From Tubulanus polymorphus (Eukaryota > Animalia > Nemertea): a stretch of 64,000 nucleotides of DNA. The notes beneath the pieces were generated by a model. It made no database searches. It was not told the origin of the DNA and worked only from the letters and a program-made list of their open reading frames with translations. This document shows, piece after piece, positions 25,039 through 38,300 of the stretch (positions are counted from its first letter, which is position 1; every line of letters starts with the position of its first letter). The position numbers and the translations under genes are program-made. Location: the NCBI RefSeq assembly GCF_964204645.1, contig NC_134029.1, forward strand, positions 18,408,950-18,472,949, written 5' to 3'.

Positions 25039-28000
25039 TACCTGTAAACCTTCAGGCACTAGAGTGAATTGAAATGAATAACACAGCGCACAATCAAAAA
25101 TGGCCTATTTGTCGAATAATAAGCTGAATTCAGCATCTATTCTTAGCGGTATAATTTGTCTTGAAATAATAACAAAAAGTTGTTTTTTTTTATAGACCAT
25201 TTCCATGGTAACAGTCAGACGGAGAACAATTATAGCCGAGACATTCGCCGAATCGTTCGGACTCGGCAACCGGCTTTATTTCGAAAACACAGCGGCGGAC
25301 ACGTCGCCGTTGAAAAATGTCGTTCGTATAATTATATCTCAGAGACGAAAGAAACAGCACACAGGATGCCCAAGATTTAAAAATGAAACTGATTGCATGA
25401 ATGCAGAATTAGGGGACGCAATATCAGATTTCCAAAACAGAGTGAGAGCAATATCTAATTAAGCCGAAACTCGCTCGAGGCCCGCAAAATGTTACAGGGT
25501 ATGAGAATGCTTCTTTCTTTTTTAATCAAATAACTCTTTATCAGATAGGAAAGATAACAAAGATAAACATGACATACCCAGCGCTGCATGGCACATTTTA
25601 GGCATGTTGTGGGATGAGAATGCTGATAATCCGACGGGCAAGGACTGACAAAGACCGCTGCGCTATCGGGTTCACACTTACCTACGTTTCTCCTAAAAAC
25701 TTCGATTTCTGCCTGACTACTGATGAGGGAGGTTCGGAAATCAAAATCAATAACTTTCGACCCCCAAAAAAACTTCGGTATCAAAATTTCGATATTTTCG
25801 GCCAGTAGCCACTTTTAATCAAATCTAATCATCAGTTTTGACTGGTGATCACTCACATTCTTTCCCCCCCCCCTACCCACACATGATATCTCTCCAGACA
25901 TGTAAGATCTGAAAAACCCAAATCTCTGAAATATCTCGACAGCCAAAAATGCTGGAAGCCCCACGGAAAACCGGAAAACTCTCATCCGCGCGTTACTTAC
26001 ATTCCGGTTCGGGAGTCAAGCCGCAGGCCGTGCAAAGATATTCCACCCAATTGTTCATCGTTTCCTCGCGATCGGCGGCTAGATAGTAAATCCGATCCTT
26101 GCGTTTGTATTTCGTCTTTATCGCGAACACATAGTTATATTGATTCGAATCTAGCGATGATATGATGCGTTCCGTCTGGTCCAAGTCGACGCTGCCGTAG
26201 TGGCGTTTACGTTGTTCGTTGTCGAAATAGTCCAACTGCAAATCGCCGAACAGACTTCCCTTCGGTTTGAACAGCACGAAGTAACGTCGTCGCCATTTCT
26301 GGAAGATTAAAGAGGTTACAAACATAAAATATTAGATATCGGGACATCTCGCTATAGGTACAGGTTGACCTGACGCGTAATAGAAACCAGAGACATTGAA
26401 ACTCGTGCGGTTAGCTCAGTTGGTTGAGAGGAGGACTGGGAACCAAGAGGTCCCTAATTCGAAACCATCATTGGCGTTGGCTGTCAATACAAACATGGAC
26501 TAAGTTCCGCTAACTTAAACAGGTTTAAAGGCCCCGGCCATCTCTTAAGACCCACTAGGTTTACACTGATACTTGCAGTTTAGACGTAAAACCTTGAGCA
26601 ATCATTCAACGATTAACTCCAATGATTACTCCAAGGTAGAACTCTAATAAACAACTCTAAACAATCATAGAACCTGTCATGATCTACAACACTGGGTGAG
26701 TTGCTCAAAAGTTGGTCTAAAAATAACTGGCAGATAAAAACCATACTAACGATTAAGTTATGATTGTCACTATTTCAACTATCCCCTGGTTAACTCTAAC
26801 CATCAACCTTCGAGCAACTGGCAGCTGATTGTGGTTACAAACTATGCATAGGTACAAATATACAGTACGTTAAATAGACAAATTGTGTAAAATTCAATAT
26901 TTTACTCCTCCTGGTGGTGAGAATGAAAAATAGGTAGCATCAAATCCACACGAGCAGATGTATCCTGATTAAAGTGCTTACTAAGTTGATATTTTCCTTG
27001 AGACACATTTTTCAATCTATGAATGAGCACTGATGAGACTTTTAGATGGCCATTGATTGCGTAATAACTGATTCGAAAAAACCCCTGTCTGCTATGTTTA
27101 AGATCCTATCCAAAAGTACTCCCATTTCGACAAACTATACAGAAGCTAGAGGCCTAAGAATTCTGGCCAAAATCAACCATTTTAGGCACAAAAAGGCCAT
27201 TTCATACTTAAATCATTAATTCCACTGCCATTCGTAACACTGCGATAAACATCTGAACTGACCACGCAATATTTGTCGAGTACCCATCCCACACTGTGCC
27301 TGAGTGAGCACCGTACGATGATAGGCTAGTAGATAAACGCCCTAGAACTTTATCAGAAGTAATAACCAAATAATAGCTGTCACTTACATATACTCCCACA
27401 CGAACTGTGCATAATTCAGTCAATAATGAGTTCACTTTATACACATTTAATAACTTCAGCAGGTAACCGCAGCTAGGGGTCATCACCTTTCTTACACATC
27501 ATTAGACAAACAGTTAGCAACATAAACTGAAATAAGCTAGACTCACTGTTTAAATCCCACTATATAAGCCTACACATTTAAAGATTGAAAATAAAATTCA
27601 CTATTTGAAGAAATGAAAAAATATGTCATTTCAAGGGCGGAATAGAGGGGTGGACTGTGTAAACTAGTCCACCCCTTCAAATATCAAATGTGCCCTCCAA
27701 AAAGTATGGAAAATTATTTATTAATTAGATGAAAAATGAATCCAAATGGGCTTTGACAAGGGCCAAAAAAGTGCCTATTGTCCTAAATTTCCAAACCCTA
27801 ATGAGACCCTAACCCTAAACCTAACCAATGTTTCTCTTGCAGCCCTCATATTGCCCTTATCAAATAAAGTGTCCATTCCAATTCAGGTCGATCCTCTTCA
27901 AAGACTCCTAGATCCACCAGTGCATTTTTTGTTTCTGAAAATGAATTCCATCTTCAATGTTTCGAACTTCTTTATGACAGGGGTTTCAAAACCATAACCT

Positions 28001-31000
28001 GTTCTCCATGTCAGAGTAAATCTATTCTACCAGGCAAGCGATCCTAGTCAAACAAAGCTCACAACGCGTACAAATGAAGACGGATATCAATTTAAATGTC
28101 ATGGTTATCTTCAGAATAATCCTTTTCAAGCAATCGCGCGAACTGCCGGAGAATTCGAAGATGAAATAGACGAAAACAAATCCGCGTGCGTTCGAAATAT
28201 CGATTCGTAGTAGGAAGCTGGAGAAGGATAAACAGACGAAAATAGACGAATAAGAAGGTAGACGGGGGAAAATGTCAAAAGGTCGTCACAGTCGGTGTTG
28301 TTGAAGATGCCAAGGACTAACTTCTCTGAAATGTAAACAATACGTTTCATCCGCGGCAATTCTGAGACACCATCAACACCTGATGATATTTCAGATTCCT
28401 TACGAGAAGTCATCAGAAATGTCGAATATCGTTTGGCCAAAGGTCAGGCCCGAATCAAATATGGTCCATGCCCATAATTAGAGAGTGCGTTCACACGTAA
28501 ACCACTCACTCGATACTAAACATTGATTAAACAAAGTGAAGTGAGTCACTCCCGGAACCAGTTGCAATTCACATGCAATAATTTGACCCGTGCTAAAATT
28601 TGGTTTGGTCAAACAGGATGGGCCCATTTGGCACACGTGTGGACAGTTGATCCCCGCCAAAAATGCTAGTTTGATAGAAAGTGTACAACAGTCCATCTGC
28701 CTAAGGATCCATGTCTCTTAACAGAGTCATCAAGTATGAGTGACAAAGCTGAGTGCGCATAGCACGATATAAACCCAAAACATGGAACATAGATGCCTAT
28801 CTATTCTGGCTTCATGACTGCGCATGTAGTTTCAGTAAAACCATGTTTCTTGTTTTGAAGCGGCCATATACACAGCCCTTAAGCCTTTCTGTTTCATATT
28901 TTGGGTGTATATCTTGCGCAAGTCTTTACCGCACAACTGTCACACTCAACTGCCATTTGATCACCGATATGACATATTTCTACGGGTGCCAAATGGGCCC
29001 GTGCCTGTTCGGCCAGACGAAAAAAGGCTGGACCAGGCCTGAGCCAAATTTCAGCAAATAGCCGCGGCTCATGAAATCTCAACGAAGGACCTCTACATTC
29101 AAACGAATAGTAAGATTCAGTATTCAGTGTTCAGCCGACGTAACTATAAGATTCAGTGCTTCAGAATGAGATTCCGAACCAATAACAGATGCAGTACTTC
29201 GTGTTGCGCGAACGCAAAGCCTGGATTTTCATTTCTGCTATCGCCACAAGGTGGCCAGTCGCCTGTTCTATTGTTTGCGGAAGATACCACGCTTAACGCG
29301 GTATTGACGCTGAATCCATAGCAAAATACCACCGAGATGCCGAATCTAAAGTGCCGCGCATATCTGCGAACGAGACTAATACTTTCAAATGCCTTTCCCC
29401 GCAGAAAAAAAATCATAACCAGCCAGTTCGATACCTAAAAAATTGTCACTCCTCGGAGATTGCAAAGGCCTCTATATCACTGACCAAATCTGACCGTCTT
29501 TCCTAAGGAATCTTCAGGCATTACAGTACTGTACTAAGAAAACTCCCGATACTAACATGCATAGACACCCGCCCGCATATTTCTAATCAATACGATGATA
29601 AAGTACAACCCTTATATATCGCGAGGACATAAAGAATTCTACATACCACGCAGTTAACCGATTATAGAATTAGATCCCATCGTCGGGTACAGTGCACGCG
29701 CGCGCGCGCGAGAGACTCAAACGACCAGTCTTCAAACATTGTCTTCGATTCTTCTTCTATTTCTCCGTCTTACCGCGATTAGGCCTACTGAACGAACCGA
29801 CCAACGATGGCCTGGATATTTCAGTGAGAGGTTATGAAATCAAAACAATACATACTATGAATGGAATGTACAGCAGCATCTAATCTTCACCTAACACATA
29901 TCTGTTTTATTGCAGCGTTCGTCGTTCGTGAGGTGACTCATGTCCCCTGCACGACGACGACGACACGCAGGAAGCAAGCCGACACACTAGACAGTCATCT
30001 AGGCCAAAGGAAATTAGAAATTAGCGAGTTTTTTTTTTTCTTTAATGCGTCGATTGCTTACAAGATTCCCGACATTAAAAAAAAACTGGAAACCGTCCAG
30101 AATTTCGGACGTGCATTTTAGATTGATGAATAAATTCTCGATTTTATTTTAGAGGTCACAACTGCTAGACACTTGAATACAAATTCCCGATAGGGGCGGA
30201 ACCAGACAGGAGCATGCAAGGAGCACATGTTGGTTTCATGAAACAGTTTTTCCGTAAATAATGTTTCTGTAAATAATGTTTCCTATTTCGGAGCAAACAG
30301 TCACCAACCAAAGGAGCAAAATGTGAATCTGTTCTGACGTAATTGCGTTGTTACAAGGTTTAAATGTCAATGATGACACCTATAAGTGCAGAAACAATGA
30401 CACATGCAGACCCCTGTGTTCTATACAGTGGATTCAACAGTATAATTAAATATTACTTTCATTTACAGCGATGCCAGAGTCTAAGACAATATGAAGGTAT
30501 ATACTGATATTTGTATCATAAGCTCTAATCACAAATCCTGGTAGCAGCAGAGTTTCATATTCAAAATTTATCCCTGCCCTCTTCTCCTTAACCAGCAAAA
30601 AAATACCTCAAACCTGCCATAATACCCCGATTAGGACCTGGGGGATGGAAAAACATACTGCTCATCAGACTCAATAACAATAAACTCTTAACAAGATAAA
30701 AACCCACTATGTACAAATCAAAAGGATTTTAATTTAAAATAATAAATAAGATAAATTCTCGATTTTAATAAAATCGAGAATTTATTCATCAATCTAAAAT
30801 GCATAATACACGACGTTTCGATCTCACCGTAGGGATCATCGTCAGGTGTGAGATAGTTAATAAAAACTTTCATTTACTTACATTTAACTTTCTATAAATT
30901 TGTACATAGAGGGTTTTTATCTTATTATCCATTCACCACGTTTGAGTGTGGGTATCGTACTATAATAAACTCCCATTTTAGGAAATTGTAAAATCATTAA

Positions 31001-33455
31001 ATATGCTTGCATCTCTATAGCCGTGATCACACGAGCACTTTTGGCCCGTGCCAAATTTGGCCCAGAACAAGTGTTCACACAGGTGCCAAATGGGCCGGAG
31101 CCTGTTTGACCTGGGCCAAATTTGGCCCTACCAAAAACGTCGGACCAGGCCCGAGCCAAATTTTAGCACCACACAAATGATTGCGTTTGAATTGCAACTG
31201 GCACCGGAAATGATCCACTTTGCTTTGTTTGAGCATTGTTAGTATCGAGTGAATGGTTTGCGTGTGAACACGCTCTCTAATAAGCCACGGGCCAAACTTG
31301 GCCCGAGCCTGATGACATAGAGGTAATATGCCATGAATATGTAACTTTTTTATGAAAGTTTGCGTCTTGTAAGCTTTTCTATAGGATGGCTTTAAATCGT
31401 CTTCACTGTGATCGGGCACACGGTCAATTTTTTTTTAGCAATCTATGAATTCGCAAAAATATGCTCCTATGCTCTCGACCTTAACAGGTATCAACAAGTG
31501 TACACTTTTACAAGGTTCTTATGGGTTAACCAATTTCATTTTCCATACCTTTTCCATATCCAGATATTAAATCTTCAAAACTACTAAGTTACATACAACC
31601 AACTTAGAACTGGCAATGTAGACTCGTTCAAAGTCAATAAATGCCAATTATCAATACCGTGGACAAAGTATTTTAATAACGTTTGTTATCAAATGTGTAA
31701 AAAGACATTTAGGAACATAAAACCTAAAATTCTCTTTTGAGACCATTATCTGATTTTCCATACCTTCTCCATAGTCATAGAGAAATTTGCATAGCTTTTC
31801 CAAAGCCTGTAAAAAAATTTCAATATTCTTTAACTTTTCAAGAAACCCATAAGAACCCTGATTTTAGCAAAACATGTTTTATTTCTGCGGCTACGTATCA
31901 TGAGTTAAAACCAGATTCGATCTGACTTAATTGTTTACATTTGACAAAAAAAACGATAAACAAATAACTTTTACTAGTTGTAAAAAGAGCTATTGGTTGA
32001 AACGACAGCGTAATTACTTTTTCTAATCTCTTTGATATACGACCTGTTCGTCCAATCAATTTATGACAAGAGCACGGACACCAAACCGACAGTCATATTC
32101 ACACTAACTTCCTGATTCTATGAAATTGATAAGATTGTAATATATATTCAGTTGGTACGTACTCTTTATTCAATCAGTCTAAAACTATAATAACAAACAT
32201 ATATATATAATACTGATCCCTGGACAGCCGATGTAACTGAAGTTATCGTACGTATTCCCGCATCTCTCAAAATATATAATGTACATAAACGTAGCAACCC
32301 AATATTAGATATTCTATTGTTTAACCCTTTCAGTGCGTCTACACCGCAGTGCGGTGTACAAATCAGTGATAGATTTTGCTAGTTCATCGCACTGTGGTGT
32401 ATTGATGTAATTAGTTATTAGTAATTATCATTCTTGAAAAATGGCAGCACCTGTCAAACATAGTGAAATACTAGTAACTATTGATACACTGCGTCGTGGT
32501 GTAGACGCACTATAGTGATATTCCCGTTATTCAACTCACTAGGATGGAATTTTCAAAAATTTTCAAATTATCTCCAGCATTATAGGATATTAATTAGTCA
32601 GCACTGAAAGGGTTAAAGAATAGAATATGGTTTTCTTAGACCATCATCAGTTCTTACATACTTCATTATGATAATTACTGATATGGTTGCTTTTGCTTTA
32701 ATTCTACTTCTTCAACTGTAGCCTATAGTAATCTTTTAACAGCCTGACCACCGAAATTGTCTCTGGGAAACGGCTTACATATAGCACTAAACCTTATCAA
32801 TACGGATTATTCATACGAATAGCCATTTTGTAAATAAAAATGAATGACGTCAACAAACACATCTAAAACTTGACATCACTGTCCCAAGGGTGATTGAAGA
32901 GTCGGTTCTGAGACTTTCGGTCAGTTTCCTTAGCAGCCGCATCACTAAGGGGGGTCAGAATTAATGCAAGTGGAACTATATGCCATACTTGGCGCCGTAT
33001 CTGACTATTTCTGAAATCTTGAAATTGCTGGAATGTCCTTAAATATTCGTAATTTCTGAAATTCGAAGCTTGAGAGACTTTTCTGGTACTGTAGTAAAGG
33101 CAAAATATCTACGAAATTTCTGCAATGCGAATTCATTTGGAAATAAAAATGATGCCGAACTAACTTAAAAAGGGGGGGTCATGGACACCCCACCGACCAC
33201 CTCTGGTGACGCCCGTGCTGAGAATAACGACAGGTAGACGAAACGCGTCCGACTGTATCCCACTGTATCCGTCAGCCGCCGCCAACGTAAAAAACAAAAG
33301 ACTTTAATTCTGAAAATAACCACGCATTCTGCGCATAGCATCGTAACACAATACACTATAAACAAACCGGGTGTACCGTACAGGTGTAACAACCTACACC
33401 CAGTGTGAGAGAGCGGAGAGCCGAGTGAGAGCCTACAGGTATAGCAAATATATAC

Positions 33456-33496
<41 letters not shown>

Positions 33497-35293
33497 TTAA
33501 TACCTCTAGGTAGCAACACTACTACTGTAATACTAGAGGATGGATTCTATTTTGAAAGTTATTGACGCTGTGAAAAATAACACATATATATATATATTGC
33601 TTAATATTGTCGACAATAAATCATCAAATATAATTTATATTTATAACTTTATTGACCCTTGATATCATATAATTTATTATATTATATGATATCAAGGGTC
33701 AATAAAGTTATTTTGGATTTGAATACACCGATAATTGAATTGAATCGCACGCCAATGAGTCGAGCTCCGATACATTGATGACATAATGCACATCCTCTCA
33801 AAACATAATTTTTAGAATTTAATAAATATAAATATGAGTTATGAAATATATTCAAGTAAATGCAAAACGCCAACATTGATGACATAGTACACATCGACTT
33901 GTACAGAACCCCTTACATAACGCAAACTAGGTATCAGTAATGTATATAAACATTATTGTAACGGTTTTTACAGCGTCAAAAGTTGTAACACCGATTGACA
34001 CTTTCACATATCATTTCAGAGATTCCTCGCGACCATCTGATTTTGAGATTTCAATCTCTTTTGACACCATAGGATACACCTCGTACCCAAGCTCAGGTAG
34101 TGATCCAACAATTCTAGTTAAACCTATGCTAAAAGAGATTATCGCAAGGTCATTTTATTACCCAGCTTCTACCTTTTGGAACCTCGCAACATAAGACTCA
34201 GTCTCCATCAGCCTCAGCTTTCAAATCCAGAACTTTCAAAACTTTTTCTTTTTATAAAAACGTATGGTGATTAATTTCTATCTTGCAATTTTTATAATGT
34301 AGTTTTTGAATATAAAGCGTGGTGATTCAGGTTTTATAACCGTGCTATGTAAGAAAATACATTATTATGATTATCATTATTATGTGATTTCTGAGGTAGA
34401 TGAATGGCACCTGGATTTTCAAATAAATTGATATAAAAAAAATTTTCTGGCCGAATCTGATCAATCAGTCGCACGTGGAGGCTACAATACGTTGAAATAT
34501 CCTAAATAGCCTACCTCTAGGCTCTAGGTAACAAACCTGTGAGACTAGAGGAACTGGTTTTAATCGGCCCACACGGATGAGGCCTGAGTGAAATTTGGCT
34601 CGTGCCTAATTTAGAGAACGCATTGTCACGTAAATCACTCACTTGATACTGAACAAAGCGAAGTGACTCACTTCCGGAACCAGTTGCAATCACATGCAAT
34701 AATTTAACCCGTGCTAAAATTTGGCTCGGGCCCGCGTTTTCGGTCGACGTTTTTGGCCGCGCCAAATGTAGCCCGGTCCCATTTGGCAGCTGTGGGAACG
34801 ATTGTTCCAGGCCACAAATGCTTGCACAATCACGGCTTATAACTACCATACAAAGAGAAACCATCAATTAATAGATTGCAAAGATTTCCCAGGGTATATT
34901 TTGAGCTACATCATTGAAACTGGCCTCTGGGTCTAGTTGCACATTATTTGTAACCTTGAAAATAATGGTCTAAATTCATGAGAATGATCTAAAATTGTTA
35001 GAACGACTATTGAACTAAGACTGGTGTTTAAGTCTGAACGTTATTTCGTATCGATCCTGCAACGTAGACCTCAATATAACGACATAACTACCTAAACCGG
35101 CTAAAGCTAAAACTAAAGAGTTAGAAAAAACGAGACCAAATTCATCGGGACCATAATAATTACCTTTCTCTGAATAACAGTGCACATTTTGCCAAAAATT
35201 TGCCATCGATTCTAAAATGAAAATCATGCTGTCTGTGATGAAAACAGATCAGGTTTTTCGAAAACTTTCACAGATTATATAAATATATATATA

Positions 35294-35324
<31 letters not shown>

Positions 35325-38300
35325 CATATATTCTACTTTATATTTCATATAGCCTATATTAATACGGTACTTCTATTCGTCATGTGCTTCGATCAAAAGC
35401 TGCCTAAAACGGTGATGTATGACGATGATCCAAGCCGCGTGCGTAAATACGAACGAGGCAGCCGAAAAATACGTTAAACACGCTTATTACATTGCTAGGT
35501 GGTGCACCAGTACGCCAGCACTGATGTCCGCCGAAATCAACAAAAAAAAAAAGAACAGGCAGTCTGCATTTCAGTAATTATTGTGCAATAATAAACGTGC
35601 TCTCTCTCTCTCACCGACAACGGAAAATACTGATCATTTCTGTCGACAATCTCACAAATGTCTGGTATTCCGCTTGTAACAGCCACCCCCCTCCATGACT
35701 GGGCGTGTACAGATCATCATCTCATAGTTCTCACAATTTAGTTTTTGTTAAGATATGTCGAGATCGCAAGATTGCCATCATATATCAAAGAGATGGTTAC
35801 ATTTGCTGATTTCTAGAAGCAGTTAAAAGCGGTCTGCATCTATATAATGCTCTCCCTGCTAGCTTTAGAGCGTCGGATATTGACAATTTTTGTCGGCAAT
35901 TTTAAGAAAATCTTTTTAGGATTGCGTATTGTGAGGAGCTGGCACTTTAAGCATTGTTTTTCTGCAGAAAAGCGCCTTATAAATTACTATTATTACATAA
36001 TCCCGCACTGTCATTGAGTCACGGCCGGACTCCATCATCTTAAAAAACTGAACGTTATTTTTTCATACCTAGAAGCCAGCTGCACGGAGTTTTCAAGATT
36101 TTAGATGACCATCTGGTTCATCTGTTCCGTTATTTCAACACTCACTGACATAAAAAACCATGAGGGCAAGCGAGGCGAATCGCTTCCAGAACCATCTGGT
36201 GTCCGACGTTTTTGGTCCGGCCAAATTTCGCCGGTGTCGAACATGCACGGGCCCTTCAGGCACCCGTACGTACGACGGTTAGTCCGAGCCTTATCCAGCG
36301 CGGGCCAATAACGCTATCGTGTGATCGTGGCTATTGAATCAAAAGTCATTATCATTATTGCCCTTGATGATGAAAATTCTGTACTCTGCTTTTTTCTCTG
36401 CCTTATTACAATTTTTTCAAATCATACGCACACGCACATACATATATCTATATATATGATAGATAAAATAGGTTAAGTATGTTTGATAATAACATTCTAC
36501 ACTTCTATATATTGTTTCATAATTTACATCCAACAACTATCGAACCGCCCATCACCGATTAAGCCGATGGTTTTAACGGTATCGTCGAAGAAACTGTCGA
36601 GATGTCTTGTCCCCTTTTTCCCGAAACCGAACCTCTATATCTAAAGGGATCAAACGCGTTTCAATAGAACAACCTGTTGTCCAAAGCATTTAATATGCCC
36701 ATGGCGTGTTAGGGGCGTTAGATCAGAGTTTTAGTTCTGCCCTTTTCATGTCACACAACTATTACAACCAAATAGATATTATATATCAAATGAGTTTGTT
36801 GTATCAGCAGAAATCGCCATCAGACCACAGTTCAGTTTCAGCCAAATTAAAAACGAACGCACGCGCATATTTCTGACTATACTACGAGTCTGATTCTAGG
36901 ACATCTGTCAACACAATGAAAGGGCACCAAAACGAAAGGATATACATCTGCGTTCACTGATAAATTATGGGGGGGGGGGGTTGTGTCAGATGTTCCTAAG
37001 TTATTAAATATCCATAATATATAAGTGTGCAAAATCTATGATTATGATGGTTAACAAAACATGAGCTAATATGGGCTTGAAGTTCACATGGTTAATTTGG
37101 GTTTCAAATTAAGAGTCAAATTCAGCCCCCAGCCCTCAGTCAAATGCTCCTTGCGACTGATTAGGGTTTATGTTACTATTAATACCTTAGTACTGAAAGA
37201 AGAAATCGTTCTTGGTTTCAGCTAGATTGGAGTTGTTACAGGTGTTCATATGAAAGGCTTATACTGGTTCACACACACTCGCGCACACAAAATCATGTAA
37301 TAATATCAGAATACCCTGACTTAAAAACTGCTAGAGCTCGGGGAGTAATGAACTCGCTGAAACACTTTTTGACATGGGATATTCATTGTACTCTTTACTC
37401 CACTTGCTTCTATGTTTAGATCAGCTCAACTGAAGTAAAGGAGGTCACTGACTGACCACGCTTTTGCAAAATCTCGTCAGATCCTCCGCAGCTTGGATGA
37501 TGTAAAGATTCGACTAAACATGTCAACTTGTCGTCAATAAAAACGCATAGCGCACAGGCCTGATAATACTGTGTATCATCTCTGTCTAGACGGGAAAGAA
37601 AGAAAAATATTCTGCCCCGTAGATTTCTGCTTGGATATAATTACATGGTCATAAACTGAAACGCAATAAACCGTTAATGATTCAGATCACTTAGAATCAG
37701 GGAAATTGATCGGATTTATAAGAAATTAGAATTAGCCTAATCCGCTATAGCCTATGTACGATTGGGCTGTAAAACAAATGAGATAGAAATCTGGATAATG
37801 GTCTACCCGGTAGATTAGATGTCCTAATGTGGAATCCATGACAAGAGGCATCAGGTTCACTAGCAGTAGGGTTACACGAGATACACAAAATCAAAATCTG
37901 TTTTTCCCAGATTTGTTTCATGCCTGTTTTGGTAGCACTGTTTTCCTGGTGGTTCGCTGGTAAAGCTAACCCATTGCTAATTCCGTATAGGATTTTGAAC
38001 TCATTTGACCGGATATCATAACGCAATAAATTCAGCATTAAAACAGGAAAGCATATGAAAAGGCAACTAGTGCTGTTTCTATTTCTTGCACCACTAAATA
38101 TTAGACCTATAAGCTGCGGGATAAAATATTTTTGTTAAACTCTCTCGAGTGGCACTGGCAGGATATAATATTGCGTAATGACATTGGGGTATTCCAAACA
38201 ACGGAATCAAAATATTTCTGGGAAAAAGTTAGTCGGGTTTTCTGTACCATCTTATGGATATCGCTGACATCTTTTTGAAATGATGATAGGTTAGATCGAA

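Noticed and set aside
26407-26475. Possible tRNA genes here and at 20002, 15781 and 54300
   Set aside because: Boxes are degenerate, no acceptor stem closes, and each continues into a repeat body, so they were treated as SINE heads.
27794-27826. CCCTAA telomere-like motifs
   Set aside because: Only a few imperfect units inside a dispersed repeat; not an interstitial telomere array.
28126-28440. 104-aa minus-strand ORF in GAB intron 1
   Set aside because: Non-ATG start overlapping a MITE edge, no recognisable domain, and it ends in a stop; not needed for the GAB frame.
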